A stretch of 64,000 nt of DNA from Ranitomeya imitator (taxonomy: Eukaryota): contig NC_091285.1 of assembly GCF_032444005.1 (NCBI RefSeq), positions 10,540,001-10,604,000 of the forward strand, given 5' to 3'. Below, in pieces: positions 48,025-60,381 of the stretch; position 1 is the first letter of the stretch; every line of letters starts with the position of its first letter. The translations under genes and the position numbers were made by a program. The notes below the pieces were generated by a model. It worked only from the letters and a program-made list of their open reading frames with translations. It ran no database searches and was not told where the DNA came from.

Positions 48025-49375
48025 CTCTATATATCGGGGGTCTCTGTATGGGGGGGTCTCTATGTATGGGGGGTCTCTGTATATATCGGAGGTCTCTGTA
48101 TATATCGGGGGTCACTGTATATATGGGGGTTTTCTGTATATATCAAGAGTCTCTGTATGTGGGTCACTGTATATATCAGGGGTCTCTATGTATGGGGGGG
48201 TCTCTGTATATATGGGGGGTCTCTATATATCAGGGGTCTGTATATATTGGGTTTTTTTGTATATATAGGGGGTCACTGTATATACCAGGGATCTCTAGAG
48301 GGGTCTCTGTATATGTGGGGGGTCTCTGTATATATCTGGGGTCTCTGTATATATTGGGGGTCTCTGTATATATCGGGGGTCTCTGTATATCAGGGGTCTG
48401 TATATATCAGGGGTCTCTATGTATGGGGGTCTCTGTATATATCAGGGTCTCTGTATATATCGGGGATCACTGTATATATATATCAGGGTCTCTGTATATA
48501 TCGGGGTCACTGTATATATCGGGGTCACTGTATAAATCAGGGGTCTCTATGTATGGGGGATCTCTGCATATATCAGGGGTCTCTGTATGTATGGGGGGGT
48601 CTCTGTATATATCAGGGTCTCTGTATATATATATATATATCAGGGGTCGCTATGTATGGGGGATCTCTGCATATATCAGGGGTCTCTGAATATATCAGGG
48701 GTCTCTATGTATGGGGGGGTCTCCATATATCGGGGGTCACTGTATATATATCAGGGGTCTCTATATATGGGGGGTCTCTGTATATATCAGGGGTCTCTAT
48801 GTATGGGGGGTCTCTGAATATATCAGGGGTCTCTATGTATGGGGGGGTCTCCATATATCGGGGGTCACTGTATATATATCAGGGGTCTCTATATATGGGG
48901 GGTCTCTGTATATATCAGGGGTCTCTATGTATGGGGGGTCTCTGTATATATCAGGGGTCTCTGTATGGGGGTCTCTGTATATATCGTGGGTCTCTATGTA
49001 TGTGGGGTCTCTGTATATATCAGGGGTCTCTATGTATGTGGGGTCTCTGTATATATCGGGGGTCTCTATGTATTGGGGATCTCTGTATATATCAGGGGTG
49101 TCTGTATGTATTGGGGGTCTCTATATAACTATCCGGAGTCTCTATGTATGGGGAGGTATCTGTATATATTGGGGGTCTCTATGGGAGTGTCTCTATATAT
49201 ATCGGGGGTCTATATGGGGGTCTCTGTATATATTGGGGGTCTGTATGGGGGTCTCTGTATATATTGGGGGTCTCTCTATGTATGGGGAGGTATCTGTATA
49301 TATCAGGGGTGTCTGTATGGAAGTCTCTGTATATATTGGGGGTCTCTGTATATCAGGGGTCTCTGTATACATCGG
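48025..49375. repeat. GGGGTCTCTGTATATATC-type minisatellite upstream of the TULP3 promoter
   Basis: Degenerate 18-30-nt tandem units. Confidence 0.92.
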
Positions 49376-49444
49376 GGGTCTCTCCATCTTCACTTGTCAC
49401 GTTTCGGGGTCTGTTAATTACACATAAAGTTTTCTCTCCTCAGT

Positions 49445-49545
49445 TTCTTTAGCCCCGCCCCTCATTCCACAGTTCTGGCCCCGCCCTTAGCAGCTCACAC
49501 ATTCTACCAACCAATGAGAACAGACCGCTGACCAATGGGCGGGCG
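49445..49545 (+). promoter_or_regulatory. TULP3 promoter (GC boxes plus CCAAT boxes)
   Basis: GCCCCGCCC at 49452 and 49478; CCAAT at 49511 and 49532; about 100 nt upstream of the ATG at 49631. Confidence 0.65.
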
Positions 49546-49630
49546 GGACACTGCCGGGTGCGGTTGTCAGGAGCAGACACTGGTTGCTAAGGGACAGAAG
49601 TCCGGATCTAACGGGGAAAGAAGCTGCGAA

Positions 49631-52600
49631 ATGGACTCCAGCACGGAGTGGGGAACCGGAGCCAGGTACAAGGGAGACCCCGGCATCCCCCCAATACACC
49701 GACCCCCAGCATCCGGCCCCAATACACCGACCCCCAGCATCCCCCCAATACAGAGACCCCGGCATCCCCCCAATACACCGACCCCCAGCATCCCCCTAAT
49801 ACAGAGACCCCCAGCATCCCCCTAATACACCGACCCCCAGCATCCCCCTAATACAGGGACCCCGGCATCCCCCTAATACAGACCCCCAGCATCCCCCTAA
49901 TACAGAGACCCCCAGCATCCCCCCAATACACCGACCCCCGGCATCCCCCTAATACACCGACCCCCATCATCCCCCCAATACACCAACCCCCGGCATCCCC
50001 CCAATACACCGACCCCCATCATCCCTCTAATACAGACCCCCATCCTCCTCACCTAATACACAGACCCCCATCCTCCCCCCTAATACACAGACCCCATCAT
50101 CCCCCCAATACACCAACCCCCGGCATCCCCCCAATACACCGACCCCCAGCATCCCCCTAATACAGAGACCCCGGCATCCCCCTAATACACCGACCCCCAG
50201 CATCCCCCTAATACAGAGACCCCGGCATCCCCCTAATACACCGACCCCATCATCCTCCCCTAATACACCGACCCCATCATCCTCCCCTAATACACAGACC
50301 CCCATCCTCCTCCCCTAATACACCGACCCCATCATCCTCCCCTAATACACAGACCCCCATCATCCCCCTAATACACAGACCCCATCATCCCCCCAATACA
50401 CCAACCCCCGGCATCCCCCCAATACACCGACCCCCAGCATCCCCCTAATACAGAGACCCCGGCATCCCCCTAATACACCGACCCCCAGCATCCCCCTAAT
50501 ACAGAGACCCCGGCATCCCCCTAATACACCGACCCCATCATCCTCCCCTAATACACAGACCCCCATCCTCCTCCCCTAATACACCGACCCCATCATCCTC
50601 CCCTAATACACAGACCCCCCATCATCCCCCTAATACACCGACCCCATCATCCTCCCCTAATACAGACCCTCATCATCCCCCTAATACACCGACCCCCATC
50701 ATCCTCCCCGAATACACAGACCCCATCATCCCCCTAATACACAGACCCCCATCATCCCCCTAATACAGAGACCCCCATCATCCCCCTAATACAGAGACCC
50801 CCATCATCTCCCCTAATACACAGACCCCCATCATCCCCCTAATACAGAGACCCCATCATCCCCCTAATACAGAGACCCCCATCATCCCCCTAATACAGAG
50901 ACCCCCATCATCCCCCTAATACAGAGACCCCCATCATCTCCCCTAATACACAGACCCCCATCATCCCCCTAATACAGAGACCCCATCATCCCCCTAATAC
51001 AGAGACCCCCATCATCCCCCTAATACAGAGACCCCCATCATCCCCCTAATACAGAGACCCCCATCATCTTCCCTAATACACAGACCCCCATCATCCCCCT
51101 AATACTGAGACTCCATCTTCACCCTAATAGAGACCCCCATCATCCCCCTAATACAGAGACCCCATCATCTTCCCTAATACACATACCCCCATCATCCCCC
51201 TAATACAGAGACCCCCATCATCCCCCTAATACAGAGACCCCCATCATCCCCCTAATACAGAGACCCCCATCATCTCCCCTAATACACAGACCCCCATCAT
51301 CCCCCTAATACAGACCCCCATCATCCCCCTAATACAGAGACCCCATCATCCCCCTAATACAGAGACCCCCATCATCCCCCTAATACAGAGACCCCCATCA
51401 TCCCCCTAATACAGAGACCCCCATCATCTTCCCTAATACACAGACCCCCATCATCCCCCTAATACACAGACCCCCATCATCCCCCTAATACAGAGACCCC
51501 CATCATCCCCCTAATAGAGACCCCCATCATCCCCCTAATACACCGACCCCAGCATCCCCCCTAATACACAGACCCCCATCCTCCCCCTAATAGAGACCCC
51601 CATACCCCTAATACACAGACCCCAGCATCCCCCCTAATACACAGACCCCCATCCTCCCCTTAATAGAGACCCCCATCATACCCCTAATACACAGACCCCC
51701 ATCCTCCTCCCCTAATACACAGACCCCCATCCTCCTCCCCTAATACACAGACCCCCATCCTCCTCCCCTAATACACAGACCCCCATCCTCCTCCCCTAAT
51801 ACACAGACCCCCATCCTCCTCCCCTAATACACAGACCCCCATCCTCCTCCCCTAATACACAGACCCCAGCATCCCCCCTAATAGAGACCCCCATCATACC
51901 CCTAATACACAGACCCCCATCCTCCCCCCTAATACACAGACCCCCATCCTCCCCCCTAATACACAGACCCCCATCCTCCTCCCCTTCTCTCATGCGCAGC
52001 AATTACTTTCTGTTCCCAGTATCCTGGATGATGAGAATCTCCGGCTCCGGCAGCTGAAGTTGCACAATCAGGTGCGGGAATTGTTGTGGTGCCAGGATTG
52101 TGAGGAGCATGTACCGTGGGGTGCGGGTTTGGATGTCGGGTGTGAGTACGGTTGGGTGTCGGGTACGTGTATGTTTGGGTGTGGCGTGTGGGTATGGTTA
52201 GTGGTGGCGTGCGGGTATGGATGGGTGCAGGTATGGTTAGTTGTGGGGTGCGGGTATGGTTGGGTGCAGATATGGTTAGTTGTGGGGTGCGGGTATGGTT
52301 GGGTGCAGGTATGGTTAGTTGTGGGGTGTGGGTATGGTTGGGTGCAGGTATGGTTAGTTGTGGGGTGCGGGTATGGTTGGGTGCAGATATGGTTAGTTGT
52401 GGGGTGTGGGTATGGTTGGGTGCAGGTATGGTTAGTTGTGGGGTGTGGGTATGGTTGGGTGCAGGTATGGTTAGTTGTGGGGTGCGGGTATGGTTGGGTG
52501 CAGGTATGGTTAGTTGTGGGGTGCGGGTATGGTTGGGTGCAGGTATGGTTAGTTGTGGGTGCGGGTATGGTTGGGTGCAGGTATGGTTAGTTGTGGGGTG

Positions 52601-55600
52601 CGAGTATGGTTGGATGCGGGAATGGTTAGTTGTGGGGTGCGGGTATGGTCAGTTGTGGGGTGCGGGTATGGTTGGGTGTCAGGTATGGTTAGTTGTGGCG
52701 TGCGGGTATGGTTGGGTGCAGGTATGGTTAGTTGTGGGGTGCGGGTATGGTTGGGTGTCAGTTATGGTTAGTGGTGGCGTGCGGGTATGGTTGGGTGCAG
52801 GTATGGTTAGTTGTGGGGTGCGGGTATGGTTGGGTGCAGGTATGGTTAGTTGTGGGGTGCGGGTATGGTTGGGTGCAGGTATGGTTAGTTGTGGGGTGCG
52901 GGTATGGTTGGGTGTCAGGTATGGTTAGTTGTGGGGTGCCAGTATAGTTTGGTGTCAGGTATGGCTCTCCTGACTCCGCTCCCCTTTCTCTGCTCCCCTT
53001 TCTCCGCTTCCCTTTCTCCGCTCTCCTGACTCTGCTCCCCTTTCTCTGCTCCCTTGACTTTGCTCCCCTTTCTCTGCTCTCCTGACTCCGCTTCATTTTC
53101 TCTGCTCCCCTGACTCTGCTCTCCTGACTCTGCTTCCCTTTCTCCGCCCTCCTGACTCTGCTCCCCTTTCTCTGCTCTCCTGACTCTGCTTCCCTTTCTC
53201 CGCTCTCCTGACTCTGCTTCCCTTTCTCTGCTCTCCTGACTCTGCTCCCCTGACTCGTTGCTTCCCTTTCTCCGCTCTCCTGACTCTGCTCTCCTGACTC
53301 TGCTCTCCTGACTCTGCTCTCCTGACTCTGCTTCCCTTTCTCTGCTCTCCTGACTCTGCTCTCCTCACTCTGCTTCCCTTTCTCCGCTCTCCTGACTCTG
53401 CTCTCCTGACTCTGCTCTCCTGACTCTGCTCTCCTGACTCTGCTTCCCTTTCTCCACTCTCCTGACTCTGCTTCCCTTTCTCTGCTCTCCTCTCCTGACT
53501 CTGCTCTCCTCACTCTGCTTCCCTTTCTCCGCTCTCCTGACTCTGCTTCCCTGACTCTGCTCTCCTCTCCTGACTCTGCTCTCCTGACTCTGCTTCCCTT
53601 TCTCCGCCCTCCTTTCTCCGCCCTCCTTTCTCCGCCCTCCTTTCTCTGCTCTCCTTTCTCTGCTCTCCTGACTCTGCTCTCCTGACTCTGCTCTCCTGAC
53701 TCTGCTCTCCTGACTCTGCTCTCCTGACTCTGCTCTCCTGACTCTGCTCTCCTGACTCTGCTTCCCTTTCTCTGCTCTCCTCACTCTGCTTCCCTTTCTC
53801 TGCTCTCCTGACTCTGCTCTCCTGACTCTGCTCTCCTGACTCTGCTTCCCTTTCTCCGCCCTCCTGACTATGCTCTCCTGACTCTGCTTCCCTTTCTCCG
53901 CCCTCCTGACTATGCTCTCCTGACTATGCTCTCCTGACTCTGCTCTCCTGACTCTGCTTCCCTTTCTCCGCCCTCCTGACTCTGCTCTCCTGACTCCTCT
54001 CTCCTGACTCCTCTCTCCTGTCTCTGCTCCCCTTTCTCCGCTCTCCTGCTCTGCTTCCCTTTCTCCTCTCCCCTGACTCCTCTCCCCTGACTCCTCTCTC
54101 CTGACTCTGAAGCGCGCTCTGCTGGAGATGAAGCAGAAGAGGCGGCGTCAGGAGGCGCACATGGTGCTGCCAAGCCAGGAGTCCCGATCACTAAGAGGGA
54201 GAAGCAAGAGAAGCGAGGAGCAGGCGCCCCTGATGCAGCACAGGAGCCCCCGATCTAAACCTACAGATGTTGTCTTACATGGTGAGTGCGGACCCCAAAT
54301 ACTCCCAGACCCCTTTCATGTTGGAAGTGACTTATTGGTTGTTACCAGCAATGTCCAGAAGGTGGCAGCACAGGATAATATAGGGACGTGTGTGTGGCTA
54401 CTGGTGCATACAGCCGGCACCTGTGGCACGGGGCACCTGTGGCACTGGGCACCGTGTCTTTTCGGCTTCCTGTACCTGAGTGACCGGGGGCTGCTCTGTT
54501 AATCCCATGACGATTGTATCGCAGGCATCGATGGTCCCGCCGCGCTTCACACCACCAAGGAGCTGGAGTGTAAGATCCACATTCTGTCCGTGGGAGAAAC
54601 CTGCCCTGATGAGATCACATCGGACGACTCCAGGCCGAACTCCGGCATGGCGAGCACGAGGCCCAGATCCCCCCAGAGCAAGCCCACCGCCCCCCCAAAA
54701 GAATGGAAAGGCACATTCCGAATATCTGAGGTCGATCCCCAATCCGGTAACAGCAACACCCGGAGCGAGGTCAAGGAGGCGAAGACCCAACCTGCTGCCC
54801 CCAGCGAGCCCACCACCAAATGTAGCTCCGAAGAGGAAGACGAGACCCCCAGAAAGAACGAGGTGTCCAAACAACACCTCCAAAAAATGCTGAAGAAAAG
54901 GGGTGAGTGTTCCTGGTTCCTGCTCCAGAGCTGCGCTCACTATTCTGCTCTTGGGGGTTCACTGCTTTATCATCTTCTCCCAGGAATATCGGACAGTCTT
55001 AAGTTTGATGAGGAGTCTTCAGACGAGGGAGCGCCGGGGACTCGGCCGGGGTCAGCGTCCAGTAAGAAGTCCCAGGCGGTGAGTACCGGACCTTGCGTTC
55101 CTGCTGCAGCCCCTCTCCTTCCTGCTATGTTAACCCCTTCCTGCGCGTCACACAGGACTCGGCCTCTGCAGACACCGCTCCAGCAGCGCCGTCCGGAGAC
55201 GCGGTGGACGTGGGAGACCTGAAGGAGTTCGCTTTACGGCCAGCACCTCGTGGCGTCACCATAAGGTGCCGGATCAGCCGCGACAAGAAGGGGGTGGACC
55301 GCGGCCTGTACCCGACGTACTACATGCACCAGGAGAAGGATGACAGCCGCAAGGTGAGGGAAGAGGGGCGGCCGTGACTATGGGGGGTCTCCGGGTGCTG
55401 GAACCCCCGGTTATCACTCCTGACTTGTCTCCACTGTTGTCTCTTGTAGCTTTTCCTTCTCGCTGGTCGGAAGAGGAAAAAGAGCAAAACCTCCAATTAC
55501 CTGATCTCCATCGACCCCACAGACATGTCGCGAGAAGGGGGCAACTTTGTAGGAAAACTCCGGTATGTGGGGGGCAGGGCGGCTGCTTGCTGACGTGCTC

Positions 55601-58453
55601 CACGGGGTGTTGTTTAACCCTCTGTTGTCCTCATTCTATTAGATCCAACCTAATGGGGACCAAGTTCACGGTGTACGATGATGGCGAGAACCCGACCAAG
55701 GTGCGGGGGTCACCAGAGGGCAGTGGCGTGCGGCAGGAGCTGGCAGCGGTCTGTTACGTAGGTGGAGTTCTAGGGTCCGGGGTGACGTCCCCCCTCGGGT
55801 CCGGTATTTACCTCCACTGTCCTCCCACAGGAGACCAATGTCCTGGGCTTTAAAGGGCCGAGGAAGATGTCCGTCCTGATACCGGGGATGAACATCAACC
55901 ACGAGCGCATCCCCTTCCAGCCACACAATGTGAGTTCTTAGGGTTTTATAGGAACAATTGTCGTGACAATATGGCAGCCAGAAACGGCGCCACCGTGGGC
56001 TGTGTTATGGTATTACAGCTCTGTGAATGAGCTCCGCGGACAAGATGGCGCCGTGTCTGCGCTCACTGAGGTCTCTGGTTTTTCAGGATTCAGAGAGTCT
56101 TCTTTCTCGGTGGCAAAGCAAACGCCAGGAGAACATCATCGAGCTGCACAACAAGGCCCCGGTGTGGAACGACGACACGCAGTCCTACGTGCTGAACTTC
56201 CACGGCCGCGTCACGCACGCCTCTGTCAAGAACTTCCAGATCGTACACGACAATGATCGTGAGTCTGTGGCCATCCTCCCCCTCTGGGCAGCCCCTCTCC
56301 TCTGCCCCCTCTCCTCTGCAGCCCACCTCGTCTTTTGTGCCGCCCTCCTACTCCTCCTTCTCTGTGCCTCTGTTCCATCCTCCTCCTTGCCATCATCCTC
56401 CTCCTCTGCGCTGCCTGCTCCTCCCCCTCCTGTGTCGACTTCCTCTGACCCACCCTTCTCCTCCTCCTCTGACCCGACCCGTCCTCCTCCTCCTCCTCCT
56501 CTAACCCGCCCTTCTCCTCTGACCAGCATTTCTCCTTGTCTTCATCTGACCCACCCTTCTCCTCCTCCTCTGACCTGCCCTTCTCCTCTGACCTGCCCTT
56601 CTCTTCTGACCCGCCCTTCTCTTCTGACCCGCCCTTCTCTTCTGACCCGCCCTTCTCTTCTGACCCGCCCTTCTCTTCTGACCCGCCCTTCTCTTCTGAC
56701 CCGCCCTTCTCTTCTGACCCACCCTTCTCTGATCCGCCCTTCTTCTCATCCTCCTCCTCTGACCCGCCCTTCTCATCCTCCTCCTCTGACCCGCCCTTCT
56801 CATCCTCCTCCTCTGACCCGCCCTTCTCCTCATCCTCCTCCTCTGACCCGCCCTTCTCATCCTCCTCCTCCGACCCGCCCTTCTCCCTATCCTCCTCCGC
56901 CGACCCGCCCTTCTCCTCATCCTCCTCCTCTGACCCGCCCTTCTCCTCATCCTCCTCCTCTGACCCGCCCTTCTCCTCATCCTCCTCTGACCCGCCCTTC
57001 TCCTCATCCTCCTCCTCCTCCTCTGACCCGCCCTTCTTCTCTTCATCCTCCTCAGACCCGCCCTTCTCCTCATCCTCCTCCTCTGACCCGCCCTTCTCAT
57101 CCTCCTCCTCTGACCCGCCCTTCTCCTCATCCTCCTCTGACCCGCCCTTCTCCTCATCCTCCTCCTCCTCTGACCCGCCCTTCTTCTCTTCATCCTCCTC
57201 AGACCCGCCCTTCTCCTCCTCCTCTGACCCGCCCTTCTCTTCATCCTCCTCCTCTGACCCGCCGTTCTTCTCCTCCTCATCCTCCTCCTCTGACCCGCCG
57301 TTCTTCTCCTCATCCTCCTCCTCTGACCCGCCCTTCTTCTCCTCATCCTCCTCCTCTGACCCGCCCTTCTCCTCCTCATCCTCCTTCTCTGACCCGCCGT
57401 TCTTCTTCTCCTCATCCTCCTCCTCTGACCCGCCGTTCTTCTCCTCATCCTCCTCCTCTGACCCGCCGTTCTTCTCCTCATCCTCCTCCTCTGACCCGCC
57501 GTTCTTCTCCTCATCCTCCTCCTCTGACCCGCCGTTCTTCTCCTCATCCTCCTCCTCTGACCCGCCGTTCTTCTCCTCATCCTCCTCCTGACCCGCCGTT
57601 CTTCTCCTCCTCCTCCTCTGACCCGCCCTTCTTCTCTTCATCCTCCTCAGACCCGCCCTTCTCTTCATCCTCCTCCTCTGACCCAACGTTCTTCTCCTCA
57701 TCCTCCTCCTCTGACCCGCCCTTCTCATCCTCCTCCTCTGACCCAACGTTCTTCTCCTCCTCATCCTCCTCCTCTGACCCGCCGTTCTTCTCCTCATCCT
57801 CCTCCTCTGACCCGCCCTTCTCCTCCTCATCCTCCTTCTCTGACCCGCCCTTATCCTCCTCTGACCCGCCCTTCTCTTCATCCTCCTCCTCTGACCCGCC
57901 CTTCTCTTCATCCTCCTCCTCTGACCTGCCCTTCTCCTCATCCTCCTCCTCTGACCCGCCCTTCTCCTCATCCTCCTCCTCTGACCCGCCCTTCTCCTCA
58001 TCCTCCTCCTCTGGCCCGCCCTTCTTCTCCTCATCCTCCTCCTCTGGCCCACCCTTCTTCTCCTCATCCTCCTCCTCTGACCCGCCCTTCTTCTCTTCAT
58101 CCTCCTCCTCTGACCCGCCCTTCTTCTCCTCATCCTCCTCCTCTGACCCGCCCTTCTCCTCCTCATCCTCCTCCTCTGGCCCGCCCTTCTCCTCATCCTC
58201 CTCTGACCCGCCCTTCTCATCCTCCTCCTCTGACCCGCCCTTCTCCTCCTCATCCTCCTCCTCTGACCCGCCCTTCTCATCCTCCTCCTCCTCTGACCCG
58301 CCCTTCTCTCTGTTTCCAGCCGAGTACATCGTCATGCAGTTTGGCCGGGTGGCAGACGACCTCTTCACCCTGGACTACAGCTACCCGCTCTGCGCCCTGC
58401 AGGCTTTCTCCGTGGCGCTCTCTAGTTTTGACAGCAAGTTGGCGTGTGAGTGA
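49631..58453 (+). CDS. TULP3: Tubby-like protein 3 (11 exons, 519 aa)
   Basis: Exons 49631-49665, 52020-52071, 54113-54281, 54525-54902, 54984-55078, 55156-55353, 55450-55562, 55643-55757, 55831-55929, 56087-56258, 58320-58453; all GT-AG, 1560 nt in frame. N-terminal [23 protein letters not shown] and tubby domain ending [16 protein letters not shown]3 is preferred over TUB from FOXM1-RHNO1 synteny. Confidence 0.9.
49680..51980. repeat. C-rich minisatellite (ATACAGAGACCCCCATCATCCCCCTA) filling TULP3 intron 1
   Basis: 25-29-nt tandem units across about 2.3 kb. Confidence 0.95.
52130..52960. repeat. 39-nt G/T-rich minisatellite in TULP3 intron 2
   Basis: GGTATGGTTAGTTGTGGGGTGCGGGTATGGTTGGGTGCA units. 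Confidence 0.95.
52965..54110. repeat. Polypyrimidine minisatellite (CTCTGCTCTCCTGA / CTGCTTCCCTTTCT) in TULP3 intron 2
   Basis: 14-nt modules running up to the exon 3 acceptor. Confidence 0.93.
56330..58310. repeat. Polypyrimidine minisatellite (CCTCCTCCTCTGACCCGCCCTTCTCCTCAT) in TULP3 intron 10
   Basis: About 2 kb of variable 18-36-nt units. Confidence 0.95.
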
Positions 58454-58659
58454 CGGAGGAGAAGGGACAAACTGACATCACATTAAACCTGCACAATCTG
58501 CGGGGCGAGAGGAGCCGCCGTCCGTGCCTTTCATAGTCCCAAATATCCAGTGACTGGGGGGCCGGACCCCCGTCCCTCCGCTGCCCCTCCGCTGCCCGCC
58601 CTGTGTATCTAGTTAATGCTTTGCACATAGAAATCACTTGTAGGTCTCCTTACACATAA

Positions 58660-58980
58660 TGTGCATCTGGGGTCTCCTGTGTACGGCTCTGTGTATCTGG
58701 GGTCCTCAGTGTACAGTGCTGTGTATCCGGGGTCCTCAGTGTACAGTGCTGTGTATCTGGGGTCCTCAGTGTACAGTGCTGTGTATCCGGGGTCTCCTGT
58801 GTACGGCTCTGTGTATCTGGGGTCCTCAGTGTACAGTGCTGTGTGTATGAGGTCTTCCATATACGGCTCCCTGTATATGAGGGTCCCCGTGTATCTGGGT
58901 TTTCCCCATGTACAGCTTTGTGTATCTGGGGGTCCTCAGTGTACAGCATTGTGTTTATGGGGGTCTCCTGTGTATGGTGC
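58660..58980. repeat. ~30-nt minisatellite downstream of the TULP3 stop
   Basis: GTGTATCTGGGGTCCTCAGTGTACAGTGCT units. Confidence 0.85.
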
Positions 58981-59059
58981 CGTGTATATGATTGCTGCTG
59001 CCTTATTTTTGCTTTGTGAACAGAACTTTATATGTAAAATATGTTTCAACCTCGTGTGC

Positions 59060-59575
59060 GGTGCTGTGTACGGAGGCTGCGGTCTCATATTCGGCCTCGT
59101 GAATGGAGGCTGCGGTCTCATATTCGGCCTCGTGAATGGAGGCTGCGGTCTCATATTCGGCGTGGTGTACGGAGGCTGCGGTCCTATATTTGGTCTCATA
59201 TTCGGCGCTGTGTACGGAGGCCGCGGTCTCATATTCGGCGCTGTGTACGGAGGCCACGGTCTCATATTCAGCCTCTTGTACGGAGGCTGCGGTCTCATAT
59301 TCGGCGTGGTGTACGGAGGCTGCGGTCCTATATTCGGTCTCATATTCGGCGCTGTGTACGGAGGCCGCGGTCTCATATTCGGCGCTGTGTACGGAGGCCA
59401 CGGTCTCGTATTCGGCGCTGTGTACGGAGGCCACGGTCTCGTATTCGGCGCTGTGTACGGAGGTCGCGGTCTCATATTCGGCGCTGTGTACGGAGGCCGC
59501 GGTCTCATATTCGGCGCTGTGTACGGAGGCCGCGGTTTCATATTCAGCCTCTTGTACGGAGGCCGCGGTCTCATA
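59060..59575. repeat. 33-nt minisatellite (GGTCTCATATTCGGCGCTGTGTACGGAGGCCGC)
   Basis: About 15 units. Confidence 0.92.
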
Positions 59576-60108
59576 ATTTCTAATCTGTAATACCAGAGTC
59601 TTATAATTAGATTTGGGGTGACTCATTTCGCACCCTCCGATCCAGCGGCCTCATCTGGGAGCCCTGAGCGCCTCGTCCCGCCTCCTCCCGCCGTCCCGCC
59701 TCCTCCTGCCATCCTGGCTCCTCCCGCCTTCCCCAGGGTGCTGGGAGGTAAGTGGCGGCCACAGATCGCTGACGGCGATGGTCGAGTCCTGGGAAATCGA
59801 TTCGCACCAAGTCCAATCTGTCGAGAGAGACTATGGCTGACGCCACACGGCCCCCTTGTGCTCGGCCTCTGTACAGCTACGGGGTCACATAACCTTCTGC
59901 AACTGTACACCATGGCCGGCCAGGAGAGGGCGACTGTGAGCTGACAAATCCCCTATAATACCTTATGTTACAACTCCCATAATATCAGGTCTGCTGGGAC
60001 TTGTAGTTCTGTGAGTCCCAGTCCTGGGATTCCTGATGTCAGCAATTAGAAGGTAATTTTTTTTCATAGTAATTTGATACCAATGAGTGAGAGATCGGGC
60101 AGCACAGC

Positions 60109-60123
60109 GGCGCCACCTAGTGG
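60109..60123 (-). promoter_or_regulatory. CTCF-like motif
   Basis: GGCGCCACCTAGTGG, which reads CCACTAGGTGGCGCC on the minus strand. Confidence 0.5.
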
Positions 60124-60381
60124 AGCAACTAGTAGAAGCTCCAGGTGAGTGCTGCCCGGTGTCACTGCGAATCATGAAAAGGGATCATCTGTAATCTCCC
60201 GATCGCTGATCACCGGGCGAGATCCTGCCGGGTCACATTGTACAGCTGGACAATAAAATGATCGGATTTCAGCTTCTGACCAAAAATCGTGTTTGTGTAT
60301 TTCTCCCCATAAGGGATCCAAGATGTATCGTTTCTCCTTGCGGAGAGTGACATGATAAGCATGTCGAGGTGAGGAGACTTA

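Noticed and set aside
48016-49427. Gly/Tyr-rich keratin-associated-like ORFs (also 61381-62498)
   Set aside because: Satellite translations open in several frames, without splice or promoter context.
56226-58280. 684-aa Arg-rich / acidic antisense ORF
   Set aside because: Reverse reading of the polypyrimidine intron repeat.
49631-58453. Assignment as TUB rather than TULP3
   Set aside because: The tubby domain resembles both, but adjacency to FOXM1-RHNO1 indicates TULP3. A phylogeny would settle it.
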